Source: an uncultured archaeon
GTDB taxonomy: Archaea > Asgardarchaeota > Thorarchaeia > Thorarchaeales > Thorarchaeaceae
Direction of reading: 5' to 3'
Length of the DNA stretch: 64,000 bases
Assembly (NCBI GenBank): GCA_964558645.1
Contig: CAZLEV010000014.1
Span: 1 to 64,000 of the forward strand
Position numbers and translations under genes: made by a program. Below, piece by piece: positions 1 through 6,827 of this stretch. The notes beneath the pieces are model-generated. The model made no database searches. It was not told the DNA's origin and saw only the letters and a program-made list of their open reading frames with translations. Positions within the stretch are counted from its first letter, which is position 1, and each line of letters starts with the position of its first letter.

Positions 1-305
1 TCCATGTTCATCGGGATGGGATCCCTCCCACGGTCCTGGCTTCCTCCTCCTGTGCATCTCCTGAGGCATCACGCTCAGTCACAGTGAGGCTTTCCACAGT
101 TTTTACCACGGCGGGTTCATGATCACCCTTGTTGGCTCCGTCACCGAAGACAGCAAGGCTCGACTGAGTAGGGTGAACAGCCGCGGACTCTCCGGGAGCC
201 GATGCAGTCCCTTTGGCGGAGAGTACGGATCTCCGTCGAGAAGTCTTGGCTTTCCCTCGGGCTTTCGGTGGCAACCGCGGTGCTGCTCTTGCTGCACTAG
301 CTCAC

Positions 306-774
306 TCACCTAGTCCGGTACTCTGCTAGTGATGGTGCATTATAAGCTCCTCTCAGTATTGTCTCTTCAGGGGAAAACAGGCAATAACCTGACACATTTC
401 TGACGCTTTTGTCGGATAATTCACCTAGATAATAGAGGCTAACGCATGTTTCCAGAGTCAAATCAACCGTTTCTTCGTCGACCCTGAAGAAATGCATCCC
501 GTAGCCTAGAAAGGCCCGTCCCTTCTTCGTCCCCTCCAAGGGTCCCAGGCGTTTCACAAGATAGTGTATTGTTTCAACGACGATGGTTGCATTGCTAGCA
601 CCTCCGCAGAGAATACAGGTGATGGTCAGGAAGTATTGTTTCAACGACGATGGTTGCATTGACTGCAGCCTTGTTCTGTTTTAGGGCGGCCTCAAGGGGT
701 CTGATGACCTTGCCATGTTCAGGAAGACTCACATCAAAGTAGTACGCCCAGATGTTGCTGTCGACTGGTATCAT
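306..774 (-). pseudogene. vapC: PIN-domain (VapC-type) toxin, disrupted by a 67-bp insertion and apparently 3'-truncated
   Basis: ATG at 774 overlaps the antitoxin stop (ATGA). It reads MIPVDSNIWAYYFD...NATIVVETI (PIN N-terminal D and second acidic E), then hits TAG at 595-597 inside an insert. Removing 595-661 rejoins it to ETIHYLVKRLG... of ORF 306..659. The usual PIN C-terminal D and T/S-x-D motifs are not seen after TLET. Confidence 0.8.
566..661. repeat. Exact 29-bp direct repeat (566-594, 633-661) flanking a unique 38-bp insert
   Basis: GTATTGTTTCAACGACGATGGTTGCATTG occurs twice; the spacer is CTAGCACCTCCGCAGAGAATACAGGTGATGGTCAGGAA. Confidence 0.95.
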
Positions 775-1004
775 GGGGCGGTTCTCCAGATCTCCTTGAG
801 CCGCAGGGGGTCAATATCACCCTTCATCGTGATACAACCCTTCAGTTCGGTGATGAAGTCATTCAAGTCAATGGCCTTCTCGATCTTCACCACGTTCTTC
901 TCGGCTGTGATTCGCACGCGAGCCTTGGCTCTGAGACCGGTCTTTTCACGCAGCTCCTTGGGAATGGTGACTCTTCCCCGATCGTCAATCTCTTCAGTGC
1001 CCAT
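771..1004 (-). CDS. AbrB/MazE/SpoVT-family antitoxin (VapB-type)
   Basis: MGTEEIDDRGRVTIPKELREKTGL is the AbrB swapped-hairpin motif. Start moved to ATG 1004. Directly upstream of the PIN gene. Confidence 0.9.
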   Translation of the reverse strand: MGTEEIDDRGRVTIPKELREKTGLRAKARVRITAEKNVVKIEKAIDLNDFITELKGCITMKGDIDPLRLKEIWRTAP

Positions 1005-1141
1005 TGAATTATCCACTCCGCATCCATTCCAACAATTATCAGTCTTTCCACTAATGAAGACAACGGAGATTGCAGGGATTTTTGCTAACCATAGAGAAGC
1101 TCGAGAACATTTGCAATATGAGGTCACATTTGCCTCGTATA

Positions 1142-1573
1142 TCATCCTGATTCAGCCTTGATATACTTCTGAATTACGCGCACGAATCTCGGCCCATCAA
1201 CCAGAAGAGAGTCGATTGCAGCCCATACTATTCTGAAATCGATCTCTACGTACTGATGCACTAAGACGTTCCGCATGGCAATGACCTTCTGCAGATTAGA
1301 CGCGAAACTACTGGAAACGATTTGATTCTTAGCCAAGAGCTCGATTGTACCTTTGTAGGTATCACTGATCCCGTAGTGTTTCTGTGCAGCTATGTGGCTG
1401 CTGACATCGATTATCGACTGGGCAATGGTCTCAATGGCTCTAGCTGTTGCCCTTAGGCTCTTCCCATCATTCAAGAACTCATCATAGTTCTGTGCCTTTA
1501 TGGTCTTCAAGAACTCGAGCTCCTTTAGAATAATTGCCAGTCGTCGCTCGACAATGGTTGCATCAAGGCCCAC
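1142..1573 (-). CDS. hepT: HEPN/DUF86 (HepT-like) RNase toxin
   Basis: RNVLVHQY (R-x4-H HEPN motif). GTG start at 1573 after GGAGGT. Immediately downstream of a minimal nucleotidyltransferase. Confidence 0.9.
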   Translation of the reverse strand: MGLDATIVERRLAIILKELEFLKTIKAQNYDEFLNDGKSLRATARAIETIAQSIIDVSSHIAAQKHYGISDTYKGTIELLAKNQIVSSSFASNLQKVIAMRNVLVHQYVEIDFRIVWAAIDSLLVDGPRFVRVIQKYIKAESG

Positions 1574-1574
1574 C

Positions 1575-1970
1575 CTAGACACCTCCCAATGACTCTCTAA
1601 GCAGACGCTGTTCAAAGATTCTGTAGTCGGGATATCGTATGAGGACTTCTTCAATGAAATCGGACCACGAGTCAGGATTCCTCTGAAACAGTACAACCCC
1701 ATCTCTCGCTATGCGATAACGTAGAGACCAGTTAGCGTCTTCAACGAGAACCACATCTACGGGAGTGTCGGGCCCCTCCAGTTCAGAGATGACCCTGAGT
1801 CGGAGATCGAATCGTTTCCGCGCGTCTGTTTCTGTTGTGCTGATGGCAATATCAAGATCACTCGCTTCAGAGTGGTCACCTCGGGCTCTTGAACCAAACA
1901 ATATAATGAAACTGATGTCTTCTGGTGCGGCTTCCAGAATTCTTCGTACTATCTCACTATTGTCGAGCAT
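1575..1970 (-). CDS. mntA: Minimal nucleotidyltransferase (MntA-like antitoxin)
   Basis: LFGSRARGDHSEASDLDIA (GS-x10-DxD) and VDVVLV. Paired with HEPN. Confidence 0.9.
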   Translation of the reverse strand: MLDNSEIVRRILEAAPEDISFIILFGSRARGDHSEASDLDIAISTTETDARKRFDLRLRVISELEGPDTPVDVVLVEDANWSLRYRIARDGVVLFQRNPDSWSDFIEEVLIRYPDYRIFEQRLLRESLGGV

Positions 1971-2031
1971 GTTCGACCACTCTCGGTCGTTCCACACAAC
2001 CGTACGTTAACTTTGGCATATAAACTCGAAG

Positions 2032-2235
2032 GTGATCTCTCACTCTCAAGAGATTCTGAAAAAGAAACTGGTTCTTGATACATTGATGGCAATTGAGCCA
2101 GAGAAAGGTGGAGTTGTGGCTCTCGATGTGCTTATGTCGAAACTCGAAGCAGAGGACATGCCAAAAGAAGATGCAGATCTGAGCAATGAGGGAATACTGT
2201 TTTCTCTTGAAGAAGGTTTCATTGCACAGTTCTGA
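2032..2235 (+). CDS. Small winged-helix-like protein or fragment resembling the MCM C-terminal WH domain
   Basis: 67-aa ORF ending LSNEGILFSLEEGFIAQF, a pattern like archaeal MCM tails (LKxEGxIYEPKPGY). It appears to lack part of one helix. Confidence 0.35.
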   Translation: MISHSQEILKKKLVLDTLMAIEPEKGGVVALDVLMSKLEAEDMPKEDADLSNEGILFSLEEGFIAQF

Positions 2236-2289
2236 AGATAGTGATGCATCCGGTGTAGAAGCCAGTTACGCATGCACGCTGTACCAAGA

Positions 2290-2343
2290 GAGAAGAAACA
2301 GAAGGAGAAGAAAGAAGAAAGGTTGACAGCTCGCGCTGCCAAC
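2290..2343 (-). terminator. Hairpin plus pyrimidine tract downstream of orphan gene-end copy A
   Basis: Minus strand GTTGGCAGC-GCGA-GCTGTCAAC (GNRA loop, one G.U pair), followed by a long C/T run. Confidence 0.7.
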
Positions 2344-2357
2344 TCGGATGATGCCTC

Positions 2358-2394
2358 TCTATTTCATGGTCTTGACCCATTCGAAGACTGGCTC
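2358..2394 (-). repeat. Orphan copy A of the 3' end of the DUF35 gene (att-like)
   Basis: 36/37 identical to 8925-8961. The single change is synonymous (CCG>CCA). Encodes EPVFEWVKTMK*. Confidence 0.95.
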
Positions 2395-2470
2395 AAGAAA
2401 GATGAAAGAAAGTGACCTAGCCGGCTGAGGCTTCTCACCTCTTCACATCAGCAGTGGGTTTCTGTATGAT

Positions 2471-3271
2471 GTGAGTTTTAAGCGTCAAATCCCAGAGGTA
2501 ACAGCGTGGTATGTTTTGCACACAAATGAGTATTCTGCAATTATCTCTGGCATTAACCGTATACTGAGTGCAGCAAGTGAACGGAACATCACCCTGAAAC
2601 TTATGGGAGGATGGGCAACCCATGTGCACTGTTCGAATCACGATTTCTGTGATAGAGAACATCTCGACATCGACTTTGTGGGACTGCGGTCTCAACACAA
2701 AGAGATAGTCGAGCTGATGGAGGATTCAGGATATACGGAAAACCAAACCATGACCTTGGCCACGAGCGTTTCCCGTTTGCTCTTCGAGAAGCCAGATAGT
2801 TCAGACCACATCGATGTCTTTCTCGACTTCATTGATATGGAGCACTACATAGACCTCAGAGACCGCTTGGATATTGAAGAAACCACCCTCTCGGTCAGCG
2901 ATCTTCTGTTGATCAAGGTCACAACCTCTCCCCTCAATGAGAAAGATCTGAGAGATATCGTGACCATGGTGAAGGATCTTCGTGTTGGCTCCGACGACTC
3001 CCCTGGCACCATCAACAAGGCATACATCGCCGAACTCTGTGCAAAGAGATGGGGTCTCTCCCATGACGTTCTGGTGGCGTTGAGGAACAGCCTGAATATG
3101 CTGTCCAGATACAACCTCCCAGAAGATGTTGAGCTCTCTGTGAGAGAGCGGCTTGAGTCCCTGATTGAAGCAATAGAATCGCATCCCAAATCACTTCGCT
3201 GGAAACTGCGGGCTTTGCTCGGTGAGAGAGTCCCTTGGAGAAGGCTTGTGGAAACTGGGAAGGTGCTTTAG
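2471..3271 (+). CDS. Uncharacterised nucleotidyltransferase-fold protein
   Basis: LKLMGGWA...DIDFVG...HIDVFLD matches the Pol-beta-superfamily hGG-xn-DhD...D pattern. The true start may be slightly downstream. Confidence 0.7.
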   Translation: MSFKRQIPEVTAWYVLHTNEYSAIISGINRILSAASERNITLKLMGGWATHVHCSNHDFCDREHLDIDFVGLRSQHKEIVELMEDSGYTENQTMTLATSVSRLLFEKPDSSDHIDVFLDFIDMEHYIDLRDRLDIEETTLSVSDLLLIKVTTSPLNEKDLRDIVTMVKDLRVGSDDSPGTINKAYIAELCAKRWGLSHDVLVALRNSLNMLSRYNLPEDVELSVRERLESLIEAIESHPKSLRWKLRALLGERVPWRRLVETGKVL

Positions 3272-3440
3272 ACTCAAGTGCGTTTCAGTTCCCCTAAGAA
3301 CCGTTCGATGAGACGCATGTATCATTAAGTGGACCGACAACAGCTGTAGAACTCGATGGAAAGGCACGGAGCGACAGGTCTATGGCACCTGACAATGAAC
3401 CGACTTGGCACTAGCACTTATCGGTGGTTCGTGCGAAACC

Positions 3441-3472
3441 AAAGGAAGAGAGTTGGCTTGATTAGCCAACTC
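3441..3472 (-). terminator. Hairpin plus pyrimidine tract downstream of orphan gene-end copy A2
   Basis: Perfect 9-bp stem GAGTTGGCT/AGCCAACTC (3450-3472) followed on the minus strand by TCTTCCTTT. Confidence 0.65.
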
Positions 3473-3487
3473 CGTCAATTCCGTTCC

Positions 3488-3513
3488 ATTTCATAGTCTT
3501 AACCCATTCGAAG
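3488..3513 (-). repeat. Orphan copy A2 of the 3' end of the DUF35 gene (att-like)
   Basis: ATTTCATAGTCTTAACCCATTCGAAG is 24/26 identical to 8928-8953. Both changes are synonymous (GTC>GTT, ACC>ACT). Encodes FEWVKTMK; the stop position reads TGG. Confidence 0.85.
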
Positions 3514-3528
3514 CCATGCCGTCACAAG

Positions 3529-3732
3529 CTACACTGGATCGATAAAATCTTTCTCAGGAATACGTTTGAAAGATTGATCGTGTGTCATCAAGATCAAATC
3601 CGCAGGACTGAAGTCGCTATTCTTTAGGCCCGTGCCTTTTGTCTTTGGGTCGATGTAGATGTTGTGAGTGTCCGTCCTAATCTGTATACTCGCATGAGCC
3701 AGCAATCGAATCGATATACCTACGATTTTCAC
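3529..3732 (-). pseudogene. Truncated metallo-beta-lactamase-fold gene fused to a PIN-like C-terminus
   Basis: IRLLAHASIQI...IYIDP...ADLILMTH is an MBL N-terminus up to the THxH motif. It continues DQSFKRIPEKDFIDPV*, typical of VapC C-termini. Confidence 0.6.
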
Positions 3733-3909
3733 CTCTGAATGAGAAGATTCCTACGTCTGTATGTCTTTCATGTCCTCTCTTGATCTGAGAGCACCTGAAT
3801 GGAGGCTTCTCTCTTTCGGCCAGATAGACCAAGCCGTCGTAATCTTGAACGCTGTATTCTGCCATGGAAGCAATAATATCCTGATACGCTCCATAAAGCA
3901 TGATTCCTG

Positions 3910-4248
3910 ATGATACGTGAAGTGCTGGGCTGCCTGATACTCGATGAGAACACGGGTCAGCCACTCTACTCTCAGTTCTTTGATGCGGAGCTCAAGAAGA
4001 ATCCATCCAAAATTTCAGCGAAAATCAAATCAAAGGAGCTAAAGCTAGTCCACGAAATGGGCACCCATGCTGTCTATAGTGCTCTGGTCAGTCATGAAAC
4101 GCCTAAGGTCAAGAAGTATCTCAGGGCCTTCAAAGAGAGAGTGGAGAAAACCTATCCTGATGGGCTCAAGCGAGGTAGTGGCAACTTTGCGGATATGTTG
4201 ATCCTTCAGAACATCGTGACTGACGTGTTCGGTGAGATCATGAAATGA
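3910..4248 (+). CDS. Small longin-like domain protein
   Basis: ILDENTGQPLYSQFF beta-hairpin and LRAFKERVEKTYP helix resemble Asgard longin domains. Confidence 0.5.
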   Translation: MIREVLGCLILDENTGQPLYSQFFDAELKKNPSKISAKIKSKELKLVHEMGTHAVYSALVSHETPKVKKYLRAFKERVEKTYPDGLKRGSGNFADMLILQNIVTDVFGEIMK

Positions 4249-4435
4249 GAAAGCTTGGAATGAACCAAGTCAATGCTAGGAGCCCTGCAATCCCTAATGT
4301 TATACCCACATACAGCAATGATAGAATGAAACCGATGATTCCAGAGCCGGACGCGACTGCGATTATGAGTTTCCCCGAGTCAATGTGTGTAGTCGTTGGC
4401 AGACATCCGCCAGCAATCTTAGTGTCTTGGTCCAT
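4238..4435 (-). CDS. Small two-helix membrane protein
   Basis: 65 aa with a hydrophobic C-terminal two-thirds. Follows the coiled-coil gene on the same strand. Confidence 0.5.
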   Translation of the reverse strand: MDQDTKIAGGCLPTTTHIDSGKLIIAVASGSGIIGFILSLLYVGITLGIAGLLALTWFIPSFLIS

Positions 4436-4447
4436 TTGAAGAGAGAC

Positions 4448-5360
4448 CTAGTCCTTCATCGCTTCCTCTTCGCGCTTTCGCCTCTCTTTCTCCAGTTTGT
4501 CAATTCGTTTCTGTCTGGCATCTTCTGCCTTCTTGATTCGCTTTTCCACATCCCGGATACGCTTCTCTGCCTCTGACAACTCCTTCTTCCGACGTTTCTC
4601 CGAGTTCTTGTACTCCTTGCTTGCCTCTTTATACTCCCTCTTCGCAAGACTTAGTTCCCTCTCCAACCCCTCGAGATGGGTCCGTTTCGGCGACGGTGAG
4701 GTAGCGGTCAACCTCAGCGTCAAGACGGGGCCGCATCTTATCCAGCTCGGAGTTCAGCTGTCCCAGTTCGATGGTGTGGGTCTTGATCTCCGAATCAAGA
4801 CTTCTGATTTGCTCATCTCTTGCGAGTTCATCGACAGTCTGTGCAACAGCCGACGGAGGAGTGACCGGAGCATCCTCATGCAAAGCGGCCTCTTGGGGTT
4901 GCGGAGAGGTTGGCTTCGGATGTGGAGGTTCTATCTCTGGCTCAGTCTTAGGCTCTTCAACGGGCGATTGTTCTTGAATCGTTTCAACTGGTTCTTCCTC
5001 AACAGCCTCTACTTCTGCTTCTGGCTCCACTATCTTAGGTTCTGCCTCGGAACCCGCCTGTGCGGCTCTTACTCGCTCAAGGATGTCCTTGACAACTGCC
5101 TTACCACTCTCACGGTCCAACACATAGGACTCAGCCGCCTCGGCTTCTTCCGTTTTCGCTAGATCAGAGGGAGTATCGCTTGTAGGTTCTACGTAGGCTT
5201 CTTCGGGTTGAAAAGCCACCTCTTGGACCGGTTCAGGTCCGGGAGCCTTGACAGGTTCTGGTGCCGATTCTTCCTCTCTCTTGAGGAGAGAGGCCCCGCA
5301 ACGAACACAGTGCTTCCTCGTCACATCATTTGCTCTCCCACACTTCGGGCACGTCTGCAA
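4448..5360 (-). pseudogene. Zinc-ribbon / acidic linker / coiled-coil protein with a frameshift near 4685
   Basis: CPKCG...CVRCG N-terminus in ORF 4629..5360. The coiled coil breaks at TVAET and resumes in another frame as KRTHLEGLERELSLAKRE (ORF 4448..4723). Confidence 0.75.
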
Positions 5361-5451
5361 GTTTTGACAACTCCTAAGCCAAGTAATTACGCAAAATACT
5401 ATGGACTGCCTTCAGATATACATTTGGCATATCCTCTCATTAAGTGAATCT

Positions 5452-5495
5452 TGAGAAAAAGAGAAGGATGAGCTGGTTGTCCCGCGACTTCCAGC
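5452..5495 (-). terminator. Hairpin plus pyrimidine tract downstream of orphan gene-end copy B
   Basis: Minus strand GCTGG-AA-GTC-GCGG-GAC-AA-CCAGC, then TCATCCTTCTCTTTTTCTC. Confidence 0.6.
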
Positions 5496-5510
5496 CCGTT
5501 TATACTGAGG

Positions 5511-5576
5511 TTATTTCATGGTCTTGACCCATTCGAAGACCGGCTCGCACAGCTCCTTGATGCGACGCTTCTCGTC
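5511..5576 (-). repeat. Orphan copy B of the 3' end of the DUF35 gene (att-like)
   Basis: Encodes DEKRRIKELCEPVFEWVKTMK* exactly as 8926-8991. The three nucleotide differences are all silent (CGG>CGC, CTC>CTG, TAG>TAA). Confidence 0.97.
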
Positions 5577-5761
5577 ATCAGTGAAACGGGATTCAACGAC
5601 GGAACAGGACGGGGGCAAGTTGAGAAACGTGCTGGACGTTTTGCCGCGCCCATAATAGCTTTGTGTCGGGTTACCAGCGCTTCTATAACCAAACCTTTGA
5701 ACAAAAAAATATAAGGCAATGTATCTAAGAGTTTCGTGAGTTTGTAGCACAAAGGGGGTAT

Positions 5762-6631
5762 ATGTCTGTGTTTCGTACGGTAGACATCAAGCACAAGTGT
5801 CCGAAGAAGAACCGATTTGTAGTTGCACTGCTCCTAGGTTTCCTAATCCTTGGTCTTGGCTCAATCCCAGATGCAAGGGCAACAACGGTCAATTACTACG
5901 CAGTCATTGTCGGGATCAGCGACTATGATGACTCCACAGGAGTTGAGGATTTGTCGTATGCCGATGATGACGCGAACGATTGGTACTGCTTCCTCACCTA
6001 CACGATTGAGTTTGATGAGGTAAGAGTTCTGGGAGATGACACAAGCTACTATAAGAGCTACTACGCACTGGCGACGAAGACCAACATCGTGAACTCCCTG
6101 AACTGGCTGGTGGGTGTTGCTGACTCAGATGACCAGATTGCGGTCATCTTCGCAGGTCATGGGGGACCACGAGACTACCCCACACCCGATAACGTATATT
6201 TCATCACATGGGACGGAACATTTCTACATGACGATGAATTGGCCTCAATCCTGGCAACTGCAGTGGCCAGCCGCATCTTTGTGTTCCTTGACTTCTGCCG
6301 CTCCGGAGGCTTCTTGAACGATCTCGCCGACATGGGCAACAGCTTCAATGTGTTTGCCACATCAGCCTGCCAGTACAACGGAGTATCGTTCGAGTGGGAT
6401 GACTTACAGAATGGAATCTGGACCTACCATTACATTCTTGAATGGGACAATCTCATACAATCATATGGCTGCAACGTTGCCCAAGAGCTTGTGTATGACG
6501 AGGCATTCGACGGCCTCATGACGTTTGTGAGCAGAACGTCTGAGCTGCAACCTTGGAAGAACAAGAACGATCCTCAGAAATACGATGGCAATCCGAACGG
6601 AGGCTTTGTTATCGGTCCAAAACTCTGGTGA
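5762..6631 (+). CDS. Caspase-family (peptidase C14-like) protein with predicted signal peptide
   Basis: YAVIVGISDY, LSYADDDA, FAGHGG (catalytic His), FLDFCRSGG (catalytic Cys). KK plus a hydrophobic stretch ending ARA at the N-terminus. Confidence 0.88.
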   Translation: MSVFRTVDIKHKCPKKNRFVVALLLGFLILGLGSIPDARATTVNYYAVIVGISDYDDSTGVEDLSYADDDANDWYCFLTYTIEFDEVRVLGDDTSYYKSYYALATKTNIVNSLNWLVGVADSDDQIAVIFAGHGGPRDYPTPDNVYFITWDGTFLHDDELASILATAVASRIFVFLDFCRSGGFLNDLADMGNSFNVFATSACQYNGVSFEWDDLQNGIWTYHYILEWDNLIQSYGCNVAQELVYDEAFDGLMTFVSRTSELQPWKNKNDPQKYDGNPNGGFVIGPKLW

Positions 6632-6827
6632 TGATTATGGAACCTTCGCATGGATAATTGCCAAAGAACTCCAGCAGGAACATGATTGAAGAATCATGGG
6701 ATGGGATGGATGTTGACAACTGACAACTGGATTGGAGGTACTATGAGCTTCCTGCCGATTATTGTGGAATTAGATAATATTCACAATCTGGGTGAGTCGG
6801 ACGGAAACGCGGAAAGAACATCCCTAG

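Noticed and set aside
1-305. RNase P or SRP RNA
   Set aside because: GAGGGAAAGCC resembles the RNase P GAGGAAAGUCC motif, but the other conserved regions and the SRP helix 8 motif were not found.
566-661. Bona fide CRISPR array
   Set aside because: Only two repeats, no AT-rich leader and no cas genes in the window, and the repeat is vapC coding sequence. Kept as an insertion finding instead.
5511-5794. ORFs 5511..5750 and 5516..5794 as real genes
   Set aside because: Only the last 21 codons are protein-like, and they are the displaced DUF35 gene end. The rest crosses the AT-rich promoter region of the caspase-like gene.
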